From IMG/VR virus record IMGVR_UViG_3300032219_000873: a stretch of DNA of 20,000 nucleotides; one strand, written 5' to 3'. Each line of letters starts with the position of its first letter. The stretch's first letter is position 1. Positions 1 to 8,133 of this stretch are shown here, in pieces. Both the position numbers and the translations under genes were made by a program. The notes under the pieces are model-generated. The model worked only from the letters and a program-made list of their open reading frames with translations, was not told where the DNA came from and searched no databases. The DNA comes from an uncultured virus (IMG/VR IMGVR_UViG_3300032219_000873). Its lineage: Duplodnaviria > Heunggongvirae > Uroviricota > Caudoviricetes.

Positions 1-2
1 TG

Positions 3-935
3 CTTGACATACTTTGCACGCTCTCTAAAGACAGCAAAGTCAAGGTGACTGTTGCGGAACTGGCCCGCTATGCCCAGTGTTCTGAGGAGTCAATTCGCCG
101 TGGGCTACGTGGTCTTGAAGCTGCCACTTTGGTTGAGACTGTGCGCACAAAACGCAACCTAGGAAAGTTCTCTTTCAGCCATTATTCATTGATTTCACCA
201 TCCCACAAAAATGTGGGGTGGACCGAAGAACCATCCCACAAAATTGTGGGGTCAACAGCTGTAACAGGTAATATCAGTATTATTAGTAATGACTTAAAAG
301 TAAATAAGACTACGTCTTATTTAGTGCCTGACGGCACAAATGAGGAGAAGAGGAGACCATTCATCTTGGTTAATCGTTGGAAAGATGATGATGAAGTTGG
401 TGGCTTTGGCTTGTTTGAGAACGAGCTAGTAGCAAAGGTCGCAGGACCTACAGCAAGTAAGAGAAACCCAAAGACTAGAAATCAGCGTCCACAGGAAGAC
501 TGGACTACGGCAGATGTAGCCTCAGAGTTTTCTTCTAGGGTCTACAGAACCATCCCTGGAGTTCCCAACCTAGTGAACACCGAGAAGGTCCGCGGAGCTC
601 TATCGAAGATGCGCAAGGACTACGACAGCAACGCTTTGATTGAACTAGAAGTGATGAAAATCTTTTTTGAAGACCCATGGCTTCAGCGTGAAGGTGTCGA
701 CAAGCCTCAGTACATCGTGGGTAGATTCTTGAAGTCTTTTGCTGCACACTACGACCAAGCTCTTCGTAATCTAGGATTGCCAGAGAGGTCAGCACCAACT
801 ACGGAAGAGTTGGATTCGCTAAATCCGTCAGACTTTGTGTATGCTTCTGATGGGCGTCGCTTCGACAACTCAATGCCAGGGCGTTTGGCAATGAGCCACT
901 ACGAAGACAAACTGAGGAGGAAAAATGCCATATGA
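3..935 (+). CDS. Putative phage replication initiator / replisome organiser with N-terminal helix-turn-helix (probably 5'-truncated by the window)
   Basis: The frame is open from base 3 (LDILCTLSKDSKVK) into the listed ORF 45..935. N-terminal wHTH-like segment TVAELARYAQCSEESIRRGLRGLEAATLV. Contains iteron-like repeats and sits directly upstream of a DnaC-like ATPase, the usual initiator-loader layout. Confidence 0.65.
   Translation, partial: LDILCTLSKDSKVKVTVAELARYAQCSEESIRRGLRGLEAATLVETVRTKRNLGKFSFSHYSLISPSHKNVGWTEEPSHKIVGSTAVTGNISIISNDLKVNKTTSYLVPDGTNEEKRRPFILVNRWKDDDEVGGFGLFENELVAKVAGPTASKRNPKTRNQRPQEDWTTADVASEFSSRVYRTIPGVPNLVNTEKVRGALSKMRKDYDSNALIELEVMKIFFEDPWLQREGVDKPQYIVGRFLKSFAAHYDQALRNLGLPERSAPTTEELDSLNPSDFVYASDGRRFDNSMPGRLAMSHYEDKLRRKNAI
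197..252. repeat. Two 23-bp direct repeats, each palindromic (CCCACA-N4-TGTGGG); candidate iterons
   Basis: ACCATCCCACAAAAATGTGGGGT (197-219) and ACCATCCCACAAAATTGTGGGGT (230-252): one mismatch, 33-bp period. Confidence 0.85.
197..337. promoter_or_regulatory. Putative origin of replication inside the initiator gene
   Basis: The iteron pair is followed by an AT-rich tract (about 262-323), a perfect 10-bp inverted repeat TAAATAAGAC-tac-GTCTTATTTA (301-323) and GTGCC-tgac-GGCAC (324-337). Confidence 0.55.
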
Positions 936-1647
936 CCTAGGGACACTTAGCTTGCTAAAGCGTCGCTGGCTCTTAGCAGAGTCAAACATCCCCCACCGTT
1001 TCTTAGGGTTAGACCCAAAGGATGTGGAGAAGCGCATTGGAAGTTTTGCGCCAGAGATTGAGGATTGGATTGATGACGTAATTACGGGCAAGGTAATCAA
1101 AACCATCGGAGGTCTTGGTAAGACTGGTGTTGGTCTGTTATTTGATGGAGCACCTGGACTGGGTAAGACCACCCACGCTGTAATGGCGTTGACTGAACTA
1201 ATCCGTGCTTTGCCAGACGACGAGCAGAAGTCTCGTGAGATTTTCAAGTACAAGACCGAAGACTACGGAATCAAGACTCGTCCGATTTACTACATGACCG
1301 TTCCAGATTTCATCTACCGTAAGAAGGCGATGATTGACGCTGAGCCAGAGCAGCGTCGTGAGCTTAACTATGTTCTGGAAGGACTGCACGGCAGGTCAAA
1401 GTTTGACCACTTGAATGTGCGTGTCTTAGTGCTGGACGACTTGGGCAAAGAGTTATCGTCTGATTACAACGTAGCTGGGTTTGACGAGCTGCTGCGTTCT
1501 CGTTACGATAAGGGGCTACCAACAATCGTGACGACAAACCTGACCCGCGAACAGTGGGGCAGAAAATATGGAGAAGCAATGGGAAGTTTCGTTTACGAAG
1601 CTTTCAATCGTGTAATAATTGGAACTAAGGACCTGAGGAGGAACTAA
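925..1647 (+). CDS. DnaC/IstB-like AAA+ ATPase, helicase loader
   Basis: Walker A GAPGLGKT, Walker B VLVLDDLGKE, DnaC-type ELLRSRY...PTIVTTN motif. Lies between the initiator and DnaB. Confidence 0.85.
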   Translation: MPYDLGTLSLLKRRWLLAESNIPHRFLGLDPKDVEKRIGSFAPEIEDWIDDVITGKVIKTIGGLGKTGVGLLFDGAPGLGKTTHAVMALTELIRALPDDEQKSREIFKYKTEDYGIKTRPIYYMTVPDFIYRKKAMIDAEPEQRRELNYVLEGLHGRSKFDHLNVRVLVLDDLGKELSSDYNVAGFDELLRSRYDKGLPTIVTTNLTREQWGRKYGEAMGSFVYEAFNRVIIGTKDLRRN

Positions 1648-1952
1648 TGAAAGATGCAACTATGCTGAGTGACTGGAGAACTGTCCAGCTGTTTCTAAGC
1701 GAAGAAGGTATCGCAGAAGTTGAGGTTGACTCGCTTCGCCCGTACCAAGCTCGCTGCAATTGCAAGGCTGGCAGCGCTAAGGGCAAGTGCGCTCATATCA
1801 AGCGTGTGAGAGAAGTCATGGATGCCAACAACGGTCATTACACCGTGCACATTCCTGTAGAGATTGAGGAAGAAGAAGCAGACGCTGCAATGGCGAGCGC
1901 CGAGTCTTTCCGAGAGTTCATCATCAAGTACGCAAAAGTAGAAGTTCTTTAA
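1647..1952 (+). CDS. SWIM-type zinc-finger protein
   Basis: CxC...CxH motif (RCNCKAGSAKGKCAHI). TAATG overlap with the upstream gene and GAGGAG RBS at 1635-1640. Confidence 0.7.
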   Translation: MKDATMLSDWRTVQLFLSEEGIAEVEVDSLRPYQARCNCKAGSAKGKCAHIKRVREVMDANNGHYTVHIPVEIEEEEADAAMASAESFREFIIKYAKVEVL

Positions 1953-2371
1953 TGATTAATGGGGACATCTCTAACGAGACTCCTCCACGTATCATTGTCA
2001 CTATTGATGTCGTGGTTCAGTCCGACATTAACACGACCAAGAACGTCTTTGGTAAGCCCAAGACTTCTCGCACTGTTACAGGTCTGAACAACGCACAACT
2101 CTCTAAGCTGTGGAACGCAGCGTTTAACTACGGACTAGCAATTGAGCTGGCAGCTTTTTCAGCTGACGGCTGGGTGCAAGCAGACGTAGACAAACTGATG
2201 ACACGTTTAGACAACCGTGGCGGTAACCCGTTCAACTATGCTGAGCTGTACGACAGCTTTCAAGACTTAGTGAGCGAGTTACCTTACCGACCAAACTTAA
2301 AAGCTGTGATAGATTTATCAAACCAAGTTGCAAGGTATGGGTCTTGGGGCTTAGACCTAAATAACCTGTAA
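1952..2371 (+). CDS. Hypothetical phage protein
   Basis: 139-aa ORF coupled by a TAATG overlap inside the replication operon. No motif recognised with confidence. Confidence 0.75.
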   Translation: MINGDISNETPPRIIVTIDVVVQSDINTTKNVFGKPKTSRTVTGLNNAQLSKLWNAAFNYGLAIELAAFSADGWVQADVDKLMTRLDNRGGNPFNYAELYDSFQDLVSELPYRPNLKAVIDLSNQVARYGSWGLDLNNL

Positions 2372-2390
2372 CATTTCCTGCGGAGGGCAG

Positions 2391-3641
2391 ATGGCGTACG
2401 ACAACGAGTATCGGTTAGTTAGCAAAGTAATTGCTGACCGAGTAATCATCCCTGTTATTGAGCAGGGCATCAGCGACGACTGGATTGTGGATGACGACCT
2501 ACGTCGTATCTGGAAGTTCGTTCGTGAGCACTATGCCAACTATCGTGAAGTGCCGTCCATTATTGCCGTCACAGATAACTTCCCTAACTTCCGAGCCATC
2601 AAGGTTGAGGACAGTCTTGAGTACCTAATTGACAAGATGGTTGAGTTCCGTCGCAATCGTTTGACCCGAAATGGTCTAGAGACAGTTGTCGACCGCATGA
2701 CTCAGAATGACCACGAGTCTGCACTGACTGAGATGAGTAAGACCATTACGTTGGTCAACGCTCAAGGTGTCGTAGGTACAACTCACATTGACGTCACTAA
2801 AAACTCAGACAAGTTTTGGGAAGCCTACGAGACACTGCAGAGCAATAAGCTTCTTGGAGTACCTACTGGGTTTGAGAAGATTGACGAAGCAACTGCAGGT
2901 TTGCAAGGCGGTCAGTTAATCACCATGATTGCTCCTCCTAAAACAGGTAAGTCCCAGATTGCTCTTCGTATGGCTGCTAACGTTCACGAGGCTGGCTTGG
3001 TCCCTATGTACCAGTCGTTTGAGATGAACAACCATGAGCAGGAGCAGCGCTACCTGTCCATGGCATCACATGTCTCAAGCAATCGTTTGCGTCGTGGCCA
3101 GCTAACTGCTTCTGAAGAAGACCGTGCGCGTAACTTTACAGAAGACTTAAAAGACAAGCACCCACTCCACTTTGTGGATGCCATTAACGGCTTGACTATT
3201 GACTCGCTAGTAGCCAAGGCAGAGCAGCTAAAACCAGACGCTCTATTTGTCGACGGCGTATATTTGATGCTAGACCAAGTTACTGGTGAGGCAAACACTC
3301 CACAGGCGTTGACCAACATCACTCGTGGACTGAAGCGTGTTGCTCAGAAGCTAGACATTCCTGTAGTTATTACAACTCAGACACTTCTGTGGAAGATGCG
3401 TGGCGGAAAAGTGACCGCAGACTCTATTGGTTATTCGTCTTCGTTCTTCCAAGACTCTGACGTAATCCTTGGTCTTGAGCCAATTGAGGAAGACGAGAAC
3501 ATGCGTCTGCTAAAGATTGTTCAGTCACGTAACTGCCCACCAAGCGAAACTTCGATTACTTGGAACTGGGATACAGGCTGTTTCCACGATGAGTCCAAGG
3601 CATCTACTTGCAAGTACTGCTCTCCGTGGGGAATGGTATGA
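2391..3641 (+). CDS. dnaB: DnaB-like (SF4) replicative helicase
   Basis: Walker A APPKTGKS, catalytic QSFEM, Walker B LFVDGVYLM, H4-like SSSFFQDSDVILGL and arginine finger SRN. GVPTGFEKIDEATAGLQGGQL is typical of DnaB. GGAGG RBS at 2382-2386. Confidence 0.92.
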   Translation: MAYDNEYRLVSKVIADRVIIPVIEQGISDDWIVDDDLRRIWKFVREHYANYREVPSIIAVTDNFPNFRAIKVEDSLEYLIDKMVEFRRNRLTRNGLETVVDRMTQNDHESALTEMSKTITLVNAQGVVGTTHIDVTKNSDKFWEAYETLQSNKLLGVPTGFEKIDEATAGLQGGQLITMIAPPKTGKSQIALRMAANVHEAGLVPMYQSFEMNNHEQEQRYLSMASHVSSNRLRRGQLTASEEDRARNFTEDLKDKHPLHFVDAINGLTIDSLVAKAEQLKPDALFVDGVYLMLDQVTGEANTPQALTNITRGLKRVAQKLDIPVVITTQTLLWKMRGGKVTADSIGYSSSFFQDSDVILGLEPIEEDENMRLLKIVQSRNCPPSETSITWNWDTGCFHDESKASTCKYCSPWGMV

Positions 3642-4645
3642 CCCATAACGTAGAGAAAGCTCTTGAAGCTCTAGAGATTGACTACCAGGACCGTGGGGAG
3701 AATGCTCAAGCGGTTTGCCCAATGCACGAGCGTATTACAGGTGACCCTGACCACAACCCGTCGTGGTTCATCCATCTAACCTCAGGGCAACACATTTGCT
3801 TTTCCTGCGGGTACAAGGGAAACCTAGTCCAGCTTGTCTGTGACATTAAAGAGTTTTACACCCCTTCATGGAATGGGGTTCCTGCTCAGTACGACTACAG
3901 CATGGGCAACAAGTGGTTGGCAGGTGCCATTGAGGTAACCATCGAAGAGCTAAAGCAGGCTCTTGGAAAGATACCTCAGTACATCTCCCCACCCCCTCGC
4001 CCAGTCCCTATGTCAGAAGCACGGTTAGCAATTTACGTATCCCCTCCAGACGAAGCTCTTGAAGCCCGTCAGTTAACACGAGAAGCAGCAACTACTTATG
4101 GGGTTCAGTGGAACCGTAATACTTCCACTTGGATTCTGCCGTTGCGTGATGCGCAACACGCAACACTATTAGGATGGCAAGAGAAGGGCACCGTAGACCG
4201 CACGTTTAAGAACCGCCCAACAGGATTACAAAAGTCTAAGACTTTGTTTGGCGTAGACATTCAGCGTGAGGACATCGCCATAGTTGTAGAATCTCCATTA
4301 GACTGTTTAAGAATTTATAGTGCAGGATACGAAGGAGCAGTCGCAACCTGCGGAGCTATCGTCAGCGAAGAGCAGGCGAAACTTCTGCGGTATTCAGAGA
4401 AAGTAATTGCGGCGTTTGATAACCCCAACATTGACTCAGCTGGAAAGAAAGCCAGTGACCAAATGCGTACTTGGGCTCGTAAGTTTGGAATGAACTTGTT
4501 TTTCTTTAACTACGGTGACAGCGGTAAGAAAGACCCAGGCGACATGACTAACGAAGAGATTCAGTGGGGTATTGAGAACGCCAAGTCTGCAATACTAGGA
4601 GAATCAGCATATGTTTACGGGAACTCTCAAGCCATATCAAACTGA
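3638..4645 (+). CDS. dnaG: DnaG-like DNA primase (CHC2 zinc finger + TOPRIM)
   Basis: CPMH...CFSC zinc-binding motif, TOPRIM IVVESPLD and AFDN, C-terminal KDPGD. Start moved to ATG 3638 (ATGA overlap with the dnaB stop) instead of 3608. Confidence 0.88.
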   Translation: MTHNVEKALEALEIDYQDRGENAQAVCPMHERITGDPDHNPSWFIHLTSGQHICFSCGYKGNLVQLVCDIKEFYTPSWNGVPAQYDYSMGNKWLAGAIEVTIEELKQALGKIPQYISPPPRPVPMSEARLAIYVSPPDEALEARQLTREAATTYGVQWNRNTSTWILPLRDAQHATLLGWQEKGTVDRTFKNRPTGLQKSKTLFGVDIQREDIAIVVESPLDCLRIYSAGYEGAVATCGAIVSEEQAKLLRYSEKVIAAFDNPNIDSAGKKASDQMRTWARKFGMNLFFFNYGDSGKKDPGDMTNEEIQWGIENAKSAILGESAYVYGNSQAISN

Positions 4646-6164
4646 GGCCGTCGCAAAGATGGTTGAAAACAAGCGCATGCTTGTTGCATATGAAATGGGT
4701 CTGGGAAAGACCCCTATGACTATCGCTGCAATCGAAGAGCTTGAGGTTGAAGGACCAACCCTTGTATTGTGCCTAGCTTCCCTTAAATACCAATGGCAAA
4801 AAGAAGTTGCCAAGTTCACAGATAAAACCGCCATAGTTATTGACGGAACTCCTAAGCAAAGAGCCGAACAGTACGCTCAAGTCAACGACCACAGCTACAC
4901 CGTTATGAATTACGAGCAGATTGTCAACGACTGGGACATTGTCAGGGCTATTCCTTTCAAAGCAATCATCTGCGACGAAGCCACTGCCATTAAAGGCTTC
5001 AGAGCTAAACGAGCTAAAAAAGTTAAGGAACTAGCAAAGCCAATTGCAATCAGGTTTGCTCTAACAGGGACTCCTATTGAGAACGGTAGGCCCGAAGAGA
5101 TTTACAGCATTATGCAGTTTGTAGACTCTACTGTTCTGGGTCGCTTTGACTTGTTTGACCAAACGTTTATTGTCCGCAATCACTTTGGCGGAGTCCAGCG
5201 CTATCGCAACTTAGCTACCCTTCACAAAGTTTTATCTGACCACGCCGTGCGTAAGTCTCAGAAAGATGAAGACGTAAAGCCCTATTTGCCAGACGCTATT
5301 TACCGAGAACCATTACTTATCTCTCTGGACTCAAAGGCTCAAAAAGTATACGACTACATTTCTACAGACTTATTAGAGCTTCTAATAGATGCGCGTGAAA
5401 CATTTGGCTCATCGTTTAACCTGGCTGCACATTACGGGCAGATGTCTGCTGATGACCCCATGAACGAGATGCGGGGGCAAGTCATGTCTAGAATTACCGC
5501 CATGAGGATGCTCTGCTCAAGTCCACAAGTTCTTCAAACCAGTGCTGCAGAGTTTGCTTCTCACTCAGGTAAAGGCAGCGCTTACATCCACTCTTTGGGG
5601 GACAGGCTAGAAGAATTAAATAAGTCTCCCAAGCTAGACGCCACGATTAGTTATCTACAAGACCACTTAGACATTGACACAAGTTATAAAGCTGTTGTAT
5701 TCAGCTCCTACATAAAGTCAGTAGAAGAGATAGTCTCAAGGTTAAATGCTTCAGGTTACGAAGCAGTGGCGTACACAGGAAGGATGAACGCCAGTGAAAA
5801 AGAGTCCGCTAAAGTCCATTTCCAATCTAGTTCAGATTGTCGTGTTCTTGTCAGCAGTGATGCTGGTGGTTACGGCGTGGATTTGCCTCAGTCTAATCTT
5901 CTTGTTAATTATGACCAGCCTTGGAGCGCTGGTCTCGCTGTGCAAAGAAACGGTCGCATCAACAGGGCGTCAAGTACGTGGGCAACTATCACGATTCAAG
6001 ACATCCTTGTCAAAGGAAGCATTGAGCAACGACAGTACGACACGCTGAAACAAAAATCTAACATTGCTAACGCTATTCTTGATGGTGAGGGTATAAACTC
6101 CAAGGGAGGAGTTGATTTGACTGTAGGAAGTCTTATAAGCTTCTTAACGGACAAGTTACTGTAG
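4611..6164 (+). CDS. SNF2-family (SF2) helicase/translocase
   Basis: LKPYQ, motif I EMGLGKT, motif II ICDEAT, motif III LTGTPIEN, motif V GGYGVDL, motif VI QRNGRINR. Confidence 0.9.
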   Translation: MFTGTLKPYQTEAVAKMVENKRMLVAYEMGLGKTPMTIAAIEELEVEGPTLVLCLASLKYQWQKEVAKFTDKTAIVIDGTPKQRAEQYAQVNDHSYTVMNYEQIVNDWDIVRAIPFKAIICDEATAIKGFRAKRAKKVKELAKPIAIRFALTGTPIENGRPEEIYSIMQFVDSTVLGRFDLFDQTFIVRNHFGGVQRYRNLATLHKVLSDHAVRKSQKDEDVKPYLPDAIYREPLLISLDSKAQKVYDYISTDLLELLIDARETFGSSFNLAAHYGQMSADDPMNEMRGQVMSRITAMRMLCSSPQVLQTSAAEFASHSGKGSAYIHSLGDRLEELNKSPKLDATISYLQDHLDIDTSYKAVVFSSYIKSVEEIVSRLNASGYEAVAYTGRMNASEKESAKVHFQSSSDCRVLVSSDAGGYGVDLPQSNLLVNYDQPWSAGLAVQRNGRINRASSTWATITIQDILVKGSIEQRQYDTLKQKSNIANAILDGEGINSKGGVDLTVGSLISFLTDKLL

Positions 6165-6172
6165 GAGGGAAC

Positions 6173-6613
6173 ATGCCAAAGGCAATCGACGAACCAAGAG
6201 AGTTCGCAAATCCAGATGATTCAAACTCACAAATTCGTGAGTACATTAAGCTAGCGCAGACTATTGACTCGCTAGAAGAGCGTAAGAAAGAACTGCGCAC
6301 CAAGCTTTTTGACCTGCTTGATGCCGAAGGTGAAGAGGATGAGAAGGGCAATGTGCTCTATCACTTCGACTCCCCTATCGAAGGCGTTACCAGACTTGAG
6401 AAGCAGCGCCGTGCTACTCGTAAACTAGACGAGACTGTCGCAGAAGAAATTATTACAACTCAAAATCTTGAAGACGAGGTCTACAAGATGGTGAGAGTAA
6501 TCGATGAAGATGCGCTTATGGCCGCTTTTTATGAGGGCAAGGTCACCGAAGAACAAATTGACCAGATGTTCCCTACCACTGTTGTATGGGCACTGAGAAC
6601 ACCAAAGAAGTAA
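6173..6613 (+). CDS. Hypothetical acidic protein with N-terminal coiled coil
   Basis: 146-aa ORF with strong RBS AGGAGG (6163-6168). Heptad-like segment YIKLAQTIDSLEERKKELRTKL. Confidence 0.75.
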   Translation: MPKAIDEPREFANPDDSNSQIREYIKLAQTIDSLEERKKELRTKLFDLLDAEGEEDEKGNVLYHFDSPIEGVTRLEKQRRATRKLDETVAEEIITTQNLEDEVYKMVRVIDEDALMAAFYEGKVTEEQIDQMFPTTVVWALRTPKK

Positions 6614-6624
6614 GGAGAGTACTT

Positions 6625-6849
6625 ATGGCAGCTACGTCTAAAGTTGGCGACTCTATTTTTATTGGTTACACTTTTACCAAGAGAAATGACGAGACTGAGT
6701 GGGTCCCAGAAGTTACTATCTCTGATGAGATTGATAACGTATTCGCCACTGTGTACATCAGGGAACCCGACCTTATTGAAGTAATTTCTTTGCTTACGTC
6801 TAAACTACAAAAAGCAAAAAAAGAACTAGCTAAAAACCCTAACTTTTAA
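6625..6849 (+). CDS. Hypothetical protein
   Basis: Start moved to ATG 6625, downstream of TAAGGAG (6611-6617). 74 aa, fills the gap between neighbours. Confidence 0.65.
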   Translation: MAATSKVGDSIFIGYTFTKRNDETEWVPEVTISDEIDNVFATVYIREPDLIEVISLLTSKLQKAKKELAKNPNF

Positions 6850-6863
6850 CACAAAGAAGTAAC

Positions 6864-7352
6864 ATGCCAGGAATGCGTAGCGAAGAGGACATCCTCAAAG
6901 CGTTTGAGGGTCTGGACACCGTTCCAGGCTCGCGTAAGCCACGCCGTCCTGACTCACCTGTCGCACAAAAGAAACGTGCACAAGCTTTCGGGGAGTCTAA
7001 TGGGTGGGATGAAAACCCACTTATTAAAACCCTGAATGGAGTGGAGACAGAGCTGTTTACTGTAGGAGCGCTAGCACAGGCCCTAGAGAAACAGATTGTC
7101 ACCATCCGACTGTGGGAGCGAAAGGGATACATCCCCGTAGCTCCTTACAGACTCCGCTCAAAGCAACTGAATGGGCAAAAAGTAAACGGCAACCGTGTTT
7201 ACACACGGGAACTTATCGAAATTACTATCGAAGAGTTTGCAGCTCGTGGACTTTTGGGTTCAGCCCGTGTAGAGTGGAAACTGCTAGGCGATTTAACAGA
7301 GGCTCTTGTAGTCCGATGGAAGACCGCTGTAGCTAAACCAAAAACCGAGTAA
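6864..7352 (+). CDS. MerR-like helix-turn-helix DNA-binding protein
   Basis: LFTVGALAQALEKQIVTIRLWERKGYIP...NGNRVYT matches the MerR-type wHTH pattern. Confidence 0.8.
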   Translation: MPGMRSEEDILKAFEGLDTVPGSRKPRRPDSPVAQKKRAQAFGESNGWDENPLIKTLNGVETELFTVGALAQALEKQIVTIRLWERKGYIPVAPYRLRSKQLNGQKVNGNRVYTRELIEITIEEFAARGLLGSARVEWKLLGDLTEALVVRWKTAVAKPKTE

Positions 7353-7381
7353 CGTCTCCGATTAGAAAGAACATAACAACT

Positions 7382-8053
7382 ATGGCTATTATTGAGCCCG
7401 AAATCGATGCAAACGACTACTTCATTAACGATGAGGTAGAGGCAGCCCCTAAGCACGGCACCACCGTGCAGGCAGGTTGGGGTGCCATCACCGCAGTTTC
7501 CAAGCCAAAGCGTGAGGCTGGAGACTACCCTACTGACTTCAAGTTCACCGAGCAGGCTCAGCTTGTCCGCTTTATTGAGGACGAGCCGTTTGCGGTGTAC
7601 AAGCAGCACTGGGTACAGGTACCAAACGACAACGGAGCCGTCTCATGGCGCTCATTCGTATCGCTAGGAGAAGACGACCCGCTAACTGTAATCGCTGGTC
7701 TGACCCCACGTGCCAAAGCTGCATTCAACATCTTGAACCTGTCTTCCGAGACTCCAGAGGTTCAGGTGCTGACTGCTTCTGTAACACTTGCACGCCAACT
7801 ACAGGCTGCTAACGAGGACCCCCGCCGTGGACCTCTGAGCAAGTACTACTGGGCAATCTCACGTCAGGGAACTGGCCGTGACACTCAGTACACTGTTGAG
7901 CGTGTGCGAGCTTCCGAGCTCGCTGATGAGTGGGACCTAGACTCAGAGAAGATAGATGCTGTCGCAGCAGTCGCCCCTCGCTACGACGCGAAGTCTATCT
8001 ACGTCGCACCTTACGAGGAAAACCTCAAGGTTGCACGCCAGCTCGTAAGCTAG
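7382..8053 (+). CDS. Probable single-stranded DNA-binding protein (phage gp32-like)
   Basis: Immediately upstream of DNA polymerase. Segments VRFIEDEPFAVYKQHWV and YWAISRQGTGRDTQYTV resemble the cores of gp32-like phage SSBs. Inferred from context and pattern. Confidence 0.6.
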   Translation: MAIIEPEIDANDYFINDEVEAAPKHGTTVQAGWGAITAVSKPKREAGDYPTDFKFTEQAQLVRFIEDEPFAVYKQHWVQVPNDNGAVSWRSFVSLGEDDPLTVIAGLTPRAKAAFNILNLSSETPEVQVLTASVTLARQLQAANEDPRRGPLSKYYWAISRQGTGRDTQYTVERVRASELADEWDLDSEKIDAVAAVAPRYDAKSIYVAPYEENLKVARQLVS

Positions 8054-8065
8054 GTTACACACCAC

Positions 8066-8112
8066 GGGAGAAGCCACAATTCATCCCTCCTCTCCGTATT
8101 GTGGCTTCTCCC
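8066..8112 (+). promoter_or_regulatory. Perfect 15-bp stem-loop with 17-nt pyrimidine-rich loop (terminator, translational operator or small RNA)
   Basis: GGGAGAAGCCACAAT (8066-8080) pairs exactly with ATTGTGGCTTCTCCC (8098-8112). Loop TCATCCCTCCTCTCCGT. Only a weak TCTT tail follows. Confidence 0.75.
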
Positions 8113-8133
8113 TCTTAAACTTCATGGGGCATT

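Noticed and set aside
4..31. TTGACA-N16-TAAAGA sigma70-like promoter
   Set aside because: The -10 lacks the conserved final T, and the site lies in a reading frame that stays open to the window edge, so it is probably coding.
925..1647. IS21 IstB transposition helper
   Set aside because: No IstA transposase or terminal repeats. The initiator-ATPase-DnaB context indicates a helicase loader.
6864..7352. Excisionase implying a prophage
   Set aside because: MerR-like HTHs include excisionases, but there is no integrase, att site or host gene in the window, so lifestyle cannot be called.
8055..8084. Minus-strand micro-ORF MNCGFSRGV preceded by GGAGAGGAGGG (the hairpin loop read antisense)
   Set aside because: Only 9 codons, antisense to the whole region and with no supporting promoter. 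More simply a by-product of the C-rich loop.
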